From contig OZ244065.1 of the NCBI GenBank assembly GCA_965215505.1, positions 1,024,001 to 1,088,000 on the forward strand: a stretch of DNA of 64,000 nt, read 5' to 3'. Position numbers and translations under genes: made by a program. The notes beneath the pieces are model-generated. The model was not told the origin of the DNA, did not search any database, and saw only the letters and a program-made list of their open reading frames with translations. Source of the stretch: Capsulimonadaceae bacterium (lineage in GTDB: Bacteria > Armatimonadota > Armatimonadia > Armatimonadales > Capsulimonadaceae). This document shows, piece by piece, positions 17,937-26,791 of this stretch (position 1 is its first letter; every line of letters starts with the position of its first letter).

Positions 17937-18254
17937 ATGCCGGTCAATATTCGCCGCCTGCGCTGCCGGGTGATGGTCAAGACGGGCGGGCGCGACGCGC
18001 CCGTGGCGCACCACTCCGAGGGGCCGAAGCGGCCTTCGCTGCACTTCGCATTGCCGGAGCCGGAGCCGCGCGCCGAGGCGGTCCCGCCGGAGCCGGCCAA
18101 TCCGGTGAGGGAGGAGCCGCAGGCGGTCACGCCGGGGCCGGAGCAGGAGGTCAGGAAGGCCGACCCGCGCGCGGTGGCCGACCGGGTTTATGAGCTGATG
18201 CGGCAGGAGATCGCCCTGAGCCGCCAGCGCGGCGGGAGCGGGCGGGGCGGGTAG
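17937..18254 (+). CDS. Small CIS-associated hypothetical protein
   Basis: MPVNIRRL N-terminus, Pro/Glu linker, C-terminal helix DPRAVADRVYELMRQEIALSRQRG; GAGGG RBS. Confidence 0.75.
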   Translation: MPVNIRRLRCRVMVKTGGRDAPVAHHSEGPKRPSLHFALPEPEPRAEAVPPEPANPVREEPQAVTPGPEQEVRKADPRAVADRVYELMRQEIALSRQRGGSGRGG

Positions 18255-18288
18255 GCATGGGGCCGAGGGCGGCGATAAAGGAGCAGTC

Positions 18289-18843
18289 ATGGCAGGCATT
18301 CTGGACAGCGTGAAGGGCGGACGGGGGAAGCTCGGCCACATCGGGGGACAGCTCGGCGCACATGCGCGGCTACCTCGCGGCCTAGTGGCGGCACCGACCG
18401 GGCCGAGCGATCCGCAGCGGCGGGACCCCTACGTCAACCTCCGCTTCGCCATCGAGATAGACCACGTCACCGTCGCCCTCTTCACGGAATGCTCCGCGCT
18501 GACCATCGAGACGGAGACCTTCGAGTACCAGGAAGGCGGCGTGAACACCTACACGCACAAGCTGCCGACGCGCACCAAATACGGCAACATCACCCTGAAG
18601 CGCGGCATGGACGACTCACAGGAGCTGTACCAGTGGTATCTGCTCAACGTGAGTGGCCAGACCAAGCGGCGGAACCTCTCGATCATTCTGTATGACCTAT
18701 ACGGCGGCCCGGCCCGACGCTGGGACCTCATGGGGGCCTACCCCTGCAAGTGGACGGGGCCGGACCTGCGCGTCGATACGGGCGCGGTCGCCATCGAAAC
18801 TGTGGAGTTCGCCCACTCCGGACTGATTCCGAGCGGCAACTAG
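18289..18843 (+). CDS. Second tail tube protein (Afp5/Pvc5-like)
   Basis: RDPYVNLRFAIEID, FTECSAL, YQEGGVN, HKLPTRTKYGNITLKRG, AYPCKWTGPDL. Confidence 0.93.
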   Translation: MAGILDSVKGGRGKLGHIGGQLGAHARLPRGLVAAPTGPSDPQRRDPYVNLRFAIEIDHVTVALFTECSALTIETETFEYQEGGVNTYTHKLPTRTKYGNITLKRGMDDSQELYQWYLLNVSGQTKRRNLSIILYDLYGGPARRWDLMGAYPCKWTGPDLRVDTGAVAIETVEFAHSGLIPSGN

Positions 18844-18865
18844 AAGGCTCCAGAACACACCCGCG

Positions 18866-21800
18866 ATGACCTCAGAACAACAACAGGCGTTGGACGCGCT
18901 CCCCGCGCCGGCGTCATTGGACCGCATCACCCGCTTCCTGAGCGACCTCGGGCAGCAGGGGAACGCGCCCCTGGGCGCGTCGGGCCGGTCGGCGCAGGCC
19001 TTCGCCGCCTCCCTCGCGGGCGGGGCGCACAGCTTCAGCGCGCGGCAGGCGTCCGGCTGGGTGGCGATCCTCATGGACCGCTACCAGATCAAGATGGGCG
19101 AGATCCAGGAGTTCGCCCTCTGGTTCGTCCGGCGGCAGGAGATACTTTCCCAGACGTCGGACCTGGTCGAGCGCGCGCCCGAGCCGGTGCTTGCACGTCC
19201 CCAGGCACCCGATCCAGTCCTTGCGATGCCCCCGGCGGCGGAACGGGCGTCCAGGGCGGTGCAGGCGGAGGGGATGAGTGCGACACTCGCCGCCGACGGC
19301 CCCGCTCAGGCCGGTTATACTAAGGCCAGTCCCGGCGCACCGCCGCCGCGGACGGCTCTGCGCCGTCAGGCGGTCACGGCATCGCCGGACGCCCTGCCGC
19401 CCTCAGAAGGGGGGCGGGGGCGAGAAGCCCAGGATGCCGAGCCTGACGCGACGGAAGAGTGGCCCCGACGCCGGCAGGCCGATTCCAAGGGGCAAACCAC
19501 CGCCGGCTCCGCGCGCCGTCGCCGCATCGAGCGCGGGCCGGTCCGGGCAGGCGATGACGCGCCGCCGGGCGATGCCACCGGAGAAGGAACGCCACAGACG
19601 GGGATGCCGGAGGAAGAAGCCCCACCGGCCAAGCGGCCCTTCCGGCTGATGCCGCACATGATCACCCGTCCGGCGTTCGTCACCAATGTCGGGCTTGCCG
19701 GGATGCTGGCGGGCCTCACCTTGTCGCCTGGGGCGGCGATGGCCCAGGACGCGCCAGACATGGCGCTCGCCCTCCCGCAGATGCTTGGCTCGGGGCCGAT
19801 GGGCGGGCCGCTGCCGATGTACCCCCCTTTCGCGGGGGCCGGGCCGATGGGCGGGCCGCTGCCGATGTCCCCCGCTCAGGGCGGGATTTCCCCGCTGGGT
19901 GTGCCCGCCTTCACGCCGACGGTGACGCCGCTGGCATCCGCCGCCGTCGCGCCGCCGTCAACGGTCTGGCTGGGGATGCCCGCCCCGGCTCCGCCTCCGC
20001 CTGATGCCGATGCTCCAGGCTCGGTGGCGTTCCCCGCGACTCGGCCGGCGGCATCGCCGGGCATCGCCTCCCCCACCCCGCCCGCGCCGGACATGACCCT
20101 CCTGCCGGGAGTGTCACCGGAAACGCTGGGCATTCAGGCGATCCCCCCGCCCCAGGCCGTCGGGACACAGCCGCCTGTTTCCGCATTTGTGCCACAAACG
20201 GGTGTGCCGAGGCTTCCATCCGATGGTCCCGCTTCGTCCCAACCGCCGGTCGCTCCGCCCGCGCCGACTAACGCCTCGCCTGATGCGGCATTGCCGCCGC
20301 CTACACCACAATCGCCCGCCTTGATGGGTCTTGCCGCCGGGAGCGCCGCTCTGGCCGCCGCCGAACAACTCGGCGCGCGCCAGCCGCAGGCCGCACCGAG
20401 CGATCAGGCCACACCAGGCGATGCGACGACCACCCCAACGGGTGTCACCCTGCCTACTCCCGCCCTAATCGTGCCGACCATCATATCACCTGAGATGGCG
20501 CTGCCGTCGCCTCCGCCGCAGCCAGAGCCGCCGACGTCCGCAGCGATGAGCCTGGCCGCCGGGGGTGACGCACTGGCCGCCGCCGAACGATATGTCCAGG
20601 CCGCACCGCCCGTGCCGTCCGCGTCGCCGCCTGATGCATCCCGGCCCGCCTCCGCCGCTCCTGCTTTGGCGGGGCTGGTGGCCGGGAGCGCCGCGCTGGC
20701 CGTCGCGGACCGGTTCCGCAGTTCCCATTCGCCGCCCGCGCTAGGCGGCACCCGGCCACTCTCGGCGGGGGCCAGCCTGCCGCCACCCGGCGCGGGGCCT
20801 TCCCCCATGACCGTCTTTCTGGGAAGCGCGCCCCGTTCGGAAGCGCCCGACGCCGCCATGACGTCCGCGCCACCTTCGCCCTTCGCCGCGACGCCCGAGA
20901 TGGGGCAGCTCACCCTGCTGGCTCCGCCCTTGCAGATCGCCTCCGCCCAGGCCGAGCGGGGCGGCATCGCGGCCTCCGTGGACTGGCAGACCCTGGCCGG
21001 CGGCGCGGGGCCGCTGGATGAGGGGGGCCTGGCACGTCTCAAGCAGGTCCTGCCCGCACAGGCCAGCGTCCTCTATCCGGCCCTGAAGCCGGGGAGTCTG
21101 GGACCGGGGGCGGTGAACCTGCCGCTCTCGGCCCCTCTGGTCCAGTCCCTTCTCCAGAAGAGCTATGGCGGCGTCGGCATGGGGATGGCGACGCGGGCCG
21201 CCGACATGGCGGCCTCGCTGGGAGGGGGGAAGCCAGCCGCCGCGCCGCTCCCCGCACAGATCGTCCCCGGTCGGCGTCCGTCCGGGACGGCCGCGGGCGT
21301 CCTCGGGCATCCCGACGAGGTGCAGGGCGGGGCGGGCGCTCTGGGGCAGGCGGGCAAGGGGCAGGCCACGCGCGGCGGCGTCCTGGACTTCCTCGGCCTC
21401 CCGGTGCGCCTCGCGCCGAGCCTCGGCGGGCGGTCCGATCTGGCCCGCGAAACCACCCTCCGCAATGCGGGCCAGGGTCCGGTCGCATCGCAGCAGACCC
21501 TGCGCCCGGAGCAGTTCGCGCCCCTGCGGAACCGCCTGTTCCCCGCCTTCAGCAGCATGGCCGTCGAGCCTGACAAGGGCGCCTGGCGCAGAGCCGCCCC
21601 CGCCTTCGGCCTGCGCGACGGCAGCCCGACCACGCTGCTCTCGCCGGACGCCCGCGTCCCGGTCCAGACCCCGACCATGCCGCAGCCGCCGTCCCGCAGC
21701 AGGCCGCCGGCGTCTTCACCGTCCGCTACGCTGTCGGGTTTACCGCCCGCCGCGCTCTCGGGCGGGCAGCACGCCGCGTCTTTACGCGCACCGTCTTTGC

Positions 21801-23137
21801 GTGCGGCGTCTCTGCTCGGGACATCGGCGCCGACGCCCACCCTGCTCTCGCCTTCGATGCTCGCAACGGGGCACAAGGCTCCGGCAGTCCCAGGGCGGCC
21901 TTCTGCGCTCGGCTCCTCGCTGGCGGCGGGCGGGCAGCACACGCCCGATACCCCGATGACGCACGGGCTGGGGGCCGCCATGGGCGCATTGCCTCGGGCA
22001 CGCACCCCATTGGACGCCCCCGGAGGAGCCGGTTTCGTGCCGCCCCACAGCGTATCGCTGCCGTTCCCGTCGGCCCATCCTTTGCTGACCGGACGGAACG
22101 GGACACCTCTCACGGCAAGCCAGCACGTCCTCGCGCCCTTGGGACCGGCAGTTGGTCGCACGAGCGGCATTGGACACCACTTGGACCTGGAGCCGTCACA
22201 TCATCCCCTATCTAGCCACACGCTTTCGTCGGCCGGCTCGGCGCATCTGCCGTCAGGCCCAACGCATGGGTCTACGAGGCACGGGCCACTTTCTGGGCCT
22301 AAGTCATCCCCCGGCTTTGGGCCGCTCGTTCAACACTCTTTCGCCGCGCCTCCAAACACACAAGGAGGGATGCGCTCGCTGCCAGCCACCGCCAGGGGTA
22401 GTTACCATGCAGGCCGGGGGCCACTCACCGCCCCGCCCCTGACGGGGTCGCGTGGCCGGGCGTCCGGCCACCGCCTGCCGCTTTCCAGCGCGTTCGTTCC
22501 GGCCGGTGGGCGTTCGGCAGGCCACAGCCGCCACGCGCATGCGAACGCGCGGCCCTGGGGGGACTCTCTGAGCCTGCCGACACCGCGCCGGATTTCAGCG
22601 TCGCACTCCGTTCCGGCACCCGACCCGTCTCTGGGCTTCTCCCACACAGGCGGCGCGGGCGGGCATCGGGGCGCTTCACACCTCTCCGCCGGCCTGCCTT
22701 TAGCCGCCCTGGCTCTGCCGCACCGGGCCGTGGCTCCGACAAACTTCCCCGATTCGCGGCTCATCAGCTCGCCCCACATGGCCGCCCCCTTCAGTGCGCG
22801 CGCCGCATCGCTGGCGAGATCGGTGCAGCCGGGGGGGCGACCGAGGGGGGCGGGCGTGGCAGGGGGTTTCAACGGCCCGGCCCCGGCGATGCGCCTGGCA
22901 CCGCGAGTGCTGCGCCGGCCCGGTGCGGACACGGCGGCGATGCCGCCCATGACGATACAGCGGTCGGAGACGACTGCGAGCGCCACCCCGGCTCAGAACA
23001 GGAGCGCCCCGGCTCATGCCCACGCTCCGTCCGGGCCGTCCGGCTCGGCGACCGGCGAGGTGAACGCCCTAGCGGGGGAGGTCTGGGCGCTCCTCAAGCG
23101 GCGGCTGGCGACCGAGGCGGAGCGGCGCGGGCGTTGA
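18866..23137 (+). CDS. 1423-aa Pro/Ala/Gly/Ser-rich, largely disordered CIS protein (tape-measure-like candidate)
   Basis: Long ORF in operon orientation between tube 2 and the LysM gene. Low complexity, His-rich distal part, C-terminal helix VNALAGEVWALLKRRLATEAERRG. Confidence 0.7.
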   Translation: MTSEQQQALDALPAPASLDRITRFLSDLGQQGNAPLGASGRSAQAFAASLAGGAHSFSARQASGWVAILMDRYQIKMGEIQEFALWFVRRQEILSQTSDLVERAPEPVLARPQAPDPVLAMPPAAERASRAVQAEGMSATLAADGPAQAGYTKASPGAPPPRTALRRQAVTASPDALPPSEGGRGREAQDAEPDATEEWPRRRQADSKGQTTAGSARRRRIERGPVRAGDDAPPGDATGEGTPQTGMPEEEAPPAKRPFRLMPHMITRPAFVTNVGLAGMLAGLTLSPGAAMAQDAPDMALALPQMLGSGPMGGPLPMYPPFAGAGPMGGPLPMSPAQGGISPLGVPAFTPTVTPLASAAVAPPSTVWLGMPAPAPPPPDADAPGSVAFPATRPAASPGIASPTPPAPDMTLLPGVSPETLGIQAIPPPQAVGTQPPVSAFVPQTGVPRLPSDGPASSQPPVAPPAPTNASPDAALPPPTPQSPALMGLAAGSAALAAAEQLGARQPQAAPSDQATPGDATTTPTGVTLPTPALIVPTIISPEMALPSPPPQPEPPTSAAMSLAAGGDALAAAERYVQAAPPVPSASPPDASRPASAAPALAGLVAGSAALAVADRFRSSHSPPALGGTRPLSAGASLPPPGAGPSPMTVFLGSAPRSEAPDAAMTSAPPSPFAATPEMGQLTLLAPPLQIASAQAERGGIAASVDWQTLAGGAGPLDEGGLARLKQVLPAQASVLYPALKPGSLGPGAVNLPLSAPLVQSLLQKSYGGVGMGMATRAADMAASLGGGKPAAAPLPAQIVPGRRPSGTAAGVLGHPDEVQGGAGALGQAGKGQATRGGVLDFLGLPVRLAPSLGGRSDLARETTLRNAGQGPVASQQTLRPEQFAPLRNRLFPAFSSMAVEPDKGAWRRAAPAFGLRDGSPTTLLSPDARVPVQTPTMPQPPSRSRPPASSPSATLSGLPPAALSGGQHAASLRAPSLRAASLLGTSAPTPTLLSPSMLATGHKAPAVPGRPSALGSSLAAGGQHTPDTPMTHGLGAAMGALPRARTPLDAPGGAGFVPPHSVSLPFPSAHPLLTGRNGTPLTASQHVLAPLGPAVGRTSGIGHHLDLEPSHHPLSSHTLSSAGSAHLPSGPTHGSTRHGPLSGPKSSPGFGPLVQHSFAAPPNTQGGMRSLPATARGSYHAGRGPLTAPPLTGSRGRASGHRLPLSSAFVPAGGRSAGHSRHAHANARPWGDSLSLPTPRRISASHSVPAPDPSLGFSHTGGAGGHRGASHLSAGLPLAALALPHRAVAPTNFPDSRLISSPHMAAPFSARAASLARSVQPGGRPRGAGVAGGFNGPAPAMRLAPRVLRRPGADTAAMPPMTIQRSETTASATPAQNRSAPAHAHAPSGPSGSATGEVNALAGEVWALLKRRLATEAERRGR

Positions 23138-23198
23138 CGGGGGCGCGGCACAGAGGGACGGGCGAGGGGTCGTAAGAAGGACCGAGGGAGGGAAGACC

Positions 23199-23969
23199 AT
23201 GCGGATACTGACTGGCGGGACGGGAAAGAGCGGGGCGGGGCTTGCCGGGACGAGGCGAGGCGAGGCGGGACACGGCGGGGCGGCTCACGCCCTGGGAGCG
23301 CCGACCAAGGCGACGGTCATCAATCTCGACAAGGACCCGCGAAGCCCCGCCCTGGAGTGCCTGTTCAACCCCACGGAATACTCGTTCACGATGGGCAACA
23401 ACTGGACGCCCAAGCGGGCCAACGGGCGCGAGATGTCGTTCCTGGAATACACCGGCGGCGACAACAGCACCCTCACCCTGGACCTGTTCTTCGACACGGT
23501 CGAGCCGCGCGCCGTCCACGGGCAAGTCCACACGGATGTGACCGAGTACGTCAAGACACTGCGGGAGTTCATGACGCCCTCCGTCGGAAGCCCCGGCACG
23601 AAGAACAAGCGCCCACCCTACCTGCTCTTCCAGTGGGGGAAGGGGTACAGCTTCAAATCCGTCCTGCGGAGCATGTCCGTCCGCTATACCCTGTTCAACC
23701 AGGGCGGCGATCCGGTCCGCTGCACGGCGAACGTCACCCTGGTCAGCCTTGAAACCGACTCGCCGGAGAACCAGCAGGGGACCAACCCGACCTCCTTCGC
23801 CGAGGCCGGGCACAAGCGGCGCGAGGTGATGCCGCAGGACACCCTGGCCCTGATCTCCTTCCAGGAGTACGGCACCCCGAATCACTGGCGGCGCATCGCC
23901 GAGGCCAACGGCATGGAAGACCCCAGGGACCTGCGGCCCGGACAGGTCCTCGCCATCCCGCCGGCTTAG
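23199..23969 (+). CDS. CIS tube initiator with LysM domain (Afp7/Pvc7-like)
   Basis: CLFNPTEYS, LTLDLFFDT, PPYLLFQWG, YTLFNQGGDPVR, QDTLALISFQEYG...WRRIAEANG...LRPGQVLAIP. Confidence 0.92.
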   Translation: MRILTGGTGKSGAGLAGTRRGEAGHGGAAHALGAPTKATVINLDKDPRSPALECLFNPTEYSFTMGNNWTPKRANGREMSFLEYTGGDNSTLTLDLFFDTVEPRAVHGQVHTDVTEYVKTLREFMTPSVGSPGTKNKRPPYLLFQWGKGYSFKSVLRSMSVRYTLFNQGGDPVRCTANVTLVSLETDSPENQQGTNPTSFAEAGHKRREVMPQDTLALISFQEYGTPNHWRRIAEANGMEDPRDLRPGQVLAIPPA

Positions 23970-24002
23970 GCTGGAAAGTCGGAATGGAAAGGAAACCCCG
24001 CC

Positions 24003-25937
24003 ATGCCTCTCGCCTTGAACGAACTTTCAGCCAGAATGGACCAGCCCGTGGGCCTGGGGGCGTCCTATGGCCGCGCCGCCGAGGGGATGCGGACCTACTT
24101 CACGCTGAAGCTGAACGGCTCCCAGGCCGGCGACGACCTGCTGAACGACATCCTGGACCTGACGGTCGAGAACAGCCTGCACCTGCCGGACATGTGTACG
24201 CTGCGGATACAGGAAGGCGTCTTCGCCGATCCGGGGCGGCGCGAGGCGTTCCACTGGTCCGGCTCGGACGCCTTCACGGCGGGGACGAAGGTGGAGGTGA
24301 TCGGCGGCCGGTCGTCACTGGACGCCGGCCCGATCTTCGTCGGCGAGGTGGCCTCGCTGGAGATGGACATTTCCTCCCACGGCCTGCCCACCCTGCTGGT
24401 ACGCTGCTATGACCACTCGCACCGGCTGCACCGGGGCCGCTACAGCCGGTCCTTCCAGAACATGACCGACGCCGACATCGTGAGCCAGGTCTGCACCGAG
24501 GCCGGCCTGACCGCCTCGGCGGACGCCACGACCCCGGTCCACGACTGGGTGTTCCAGAACAACCAGACCAACTGGGAGTTCCTGAACGAGCGGGCCGCCC
24601 ACGCCGGCTGTCGCCTGTTCGGGGCCGGCGACAAGCGGATGCACCTGAAGACCCTCGCGGCCGGTCCCGAGGGACCCGTGACCCTGACGTGGGGCAGCGA
24701 CCTGATCTCCTTCCGCCCGCGCCTCAATGCCGCCTCACAGGTCAGCGAGGTGTCTGTCCACGGCTGGGACCCGGCGCAGAAGCAGGCCATCGTCGGGACC
24801 GCCACGACGCCGAACGGCCTGCCCAGCACCGGCGCCCCGTCCCGGCAGGCCGCCATGGGCGGGTTCCAGGGCGACGCCAAGATGCGGATCACGGACCGGC
24901 CCGTCCACTCGCAGACTGAGGCGGAGAAGATCGCGCAGTCGGTCTGCGACGACATCGGGGGCCAGTACATGGAGGCGGAGGGCCTGACTCAATGGGACGC
25001 CCGCATCCTGCCCGGCAAACAGGTCAAGATCACCAATGTCGGCTCCCGCTTCTCCGGCGACTACACCGTGACCGCCACCACGCACGTCATGAGCGTGGCG
25101 GAGGGCTTCACCACACTGTTCTCCTGCACCGGGAAGCAGCCGGGAACCGTCCTGTCCGCCCTGGATGGGTCGGGCGGGGCCAAACGCACGGCTTTGGGCG
25201 GGAACATCGTGGTGGGCATCGTCACGAACAACAAGGACGACAAGAACCTGGGCCGAGTCAAGGTGAAGTACCCCTGGCTGTCGGACAACGACGAGAGTTT
25301 CTGGGCGCGGGTCGTCTCGCCCATGGGCGGCCCGACGCGCGGCTTCTACTTCCTGCCGGAAGTGGATGACGAGGTGCTGGTCGCCTTCGAACACGGCGAC
25401 ATCCGCCGTCCCTACGTCCTCGGCGCGCTCTGGAACGGGGTGGACGCCCCGGTCGAGGGCAACGATGCCGCCGTGGAGGGCGGCAAGGTCATCCACCGGA
25501 TCATCAAGACGCGCATCGGGCATACCATCCTGCTCGACGACAAGGACGACAAGGGCGAGATGAAGATGACCACCAAGAGTGGCCACTTCCTGACCCTGAA
25601 CGACCGGGACGAGAACGTCACCGCCCAGACCAAGGACGGCCACAAGGTCCTGCTGGACGACCAGAACGGCAAGATCGTCGTCGTGGACAAGACCGGCGGC
25701 AACAAGATGACGATCCAGAGCAGCGACAACTCGATCACCATCGAGTGCGTCGGCGACTTCAGCGTGAAGGCGACCGGCAGGGTCAATATCGAGGGCCAGG
25801 CGGGCGTGACCGTGACGACACCCGCGCAGATGAGCATTCACTCCGACACCCAGATGAAGATAGACGCCGGTGTCGAGGTCGCCATTGAGGGCGGGATTAC
25901 TGACATCAAGGGCCTCCTCGTCAAGATCAATTCGTAG
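24003..25937 (+). CDS. VgrG-like spike/hub (Afp8/Pvc8)
   Basis: SLHLPDM, YDHSHRLHRG, QNNQTNWEFL, GWDP, GIVTNNKD...LGRVKVKYPW, WARV, LPEVDDEVLVAFEHGD...PYVLGALWN, then beta-helix repeats. Confidence 0.95.
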   Translation: MPLALNELSARMDQPVGLGASYGRAAEGMRTYFTLKLNGSQAGDDLLNDILDLTVENSLHLPDMCTLRIQEGVFADPGRREAFHWSGSDAFTAGTKVEVIGGRSSLDAGPIFVGEVASLEMDISSHGLPTLLVRCYDHSHRLHRGRYSRSFQNMTDADIVSQVCTEAGLTASADATTPVHDWVFQNNQTNWEFLNERAAHAGCRLFGAGDKRMHLKTLAAGPEGPVTLTWGSDLISFRPRLNAASQVSEVSVHGWDPAQKQAIVGTATTPNGLPSTGAPSRQAAMGGFQGDAKMRITDRPVHSQTEAEKIAQSVCDDIGGQYMEAEGLTQWDARILPGKQVKITNVGSRFSGDYTVTATTHVMSVAEGFTTLFSCTGKQPGTVLSALDGSGGAKRTALGGNIVVGIVTNNKDDKNLGRVKVKYPWLSDNDESFWARVVSPMGGPTRGFYFLPEVDDEVLVAFEHGDIRRPYVLGALWNGVDAPVEGNDAAVEGGKVIHRIIKTRIGHTILLDDKDDKGEMKMTTKSGHFLTLNDRDENVTAQTKDGHKVLLDDQNGKIVVVDKTGGNKMTIQSSDNSITIECVGDFSVKATGRVNIEGQAGVTVTTPAQMSIHSDTQMKIDAGVEVAIEGGITDIKGLLVKINS

Positions 25938-25955
25938 ACAGGAAGGATCAAAAAG

Positions 25956-26348
25956 ATGCCGCAGCATGTCTGTAACGGCGCGGTGATGATGTGTTCGTTC
26001 GGCGTCGCCCCCTCCACGCTGATCGTCCTGCCGATCAACCGGGTGCTGACCAGCAATCAGCCCGCCGCGAACATCATGGACCACCTACCGATGGTCAACG
26101 TCATGCCGTTCGGGATGTGCATGACCCCGAGCAACCCGCAGGTGGCGGCGGCCACGGCGGCGGCCCTGGGCGTGCTGACGCCGATGCCCTGCGTCCCGAT
26201 GACGGAGGCCGCGCCCTGGGTGCCCGGCGCGGTGACTGTCCTGGAAGGGGGCCAGCCCGCCCTGGACAACACCTCCCAGCTCCTGTGCATGTGGGGCGGG
26301 GTCATCACGATCTCCGTGCCGGGCCAGTTCACCGAGGAGATTCCCTGA
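25956..26348 (+). CDS. PAAR-like spike tip protein (DUF4280)
   Basis: VCNGA...CSFG, PAANIMDH, PFGMC, NPQVAAATAAALGVLTPMPCVP, WVPG, CMWGGVITI. Confidence 0.93.
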   Translation: MPQHVCNGAVMMCSFGVAPSTLIVLPINRVLTSNQPAANIMDHLPMVNVMPFGMCMTPSNPQVAAATAAALGVLTPMPCVPMTEAAPWVPGAVTVLEGGQPALDNTSQLLCMWGGVITISVPGQFTEEIP

Positions 26349-26755
26349 TGCCCGACCCGACCAAAGACTTTTTGGGAGCCGGCTGGAAGTTCCCGCCGCG
26401 CCTGGATGCGCGGGGCTGCATCGAGCTGGTCTCGCAGGAGCAGGACATCGAGGAGGCCATCCAGATCATCCTGCTGACCAACAAGGGCGAGCGGCCGATG
26501 CGGCCCGAGTTCGGGTCCGAGCTGTCCCGGCTGACCTTCGCGCCCATCAACACGGCCACGGCGGGACTGGCCGCGCGCTACGTCCGCGAGGCCCTTGCCC
26601 GCTGGGAGCCGCGCATCGGCGTCACTCAAGTCTACGCGCAGCCGGACCCCGGCCACGAGAACCGCCTGATGATCAGCATTGATTACACCATCCCGGCGAC
26701 GAACTCGGACCGGAACCTCGTGTTCCCGTTCTACACGATCCCCGGAGAAGACTGA
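26348..26755 (+). CDS. Baseplate wedge protein gp25/GpW (Afp9)
   Basis: DFLGAGWKFP, DIEEAIQIILLT..GERPMRPEFGS, WEPRI, NLVFPFY; TGATG coupling with the upstream stop. Confidence 0.95.
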   Translation: MPDPTKDFLGAGWKFPPRLDARGCIELVSQEQDIEEAIQIILLTNKGERPMRPEFGSELSRLTFAPINTATAGLAARYVREALARWEPRIGVTQVYAQPDPGHENRLMISIDYTIPATNSDRNLVFPFYTIPGED

Positions 26756-26791
26756 GATGAGAATACTGAGAAGAGAGGACTGAGAAGAGCC

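Noticed and set aside
17937-18254. Immunity protein for the upstream effector
   Set aside because: It shares its C-terminal motif with the 1423-aa CIS protein and has structural-gene codon style, so it is more likely a particle component.
24003-26755. Type VI secretion system
   Set aside because: No TssJLM, TssK, TssA or ClpV; the sheath is a single phage-type protein rather than TssB/TssC.
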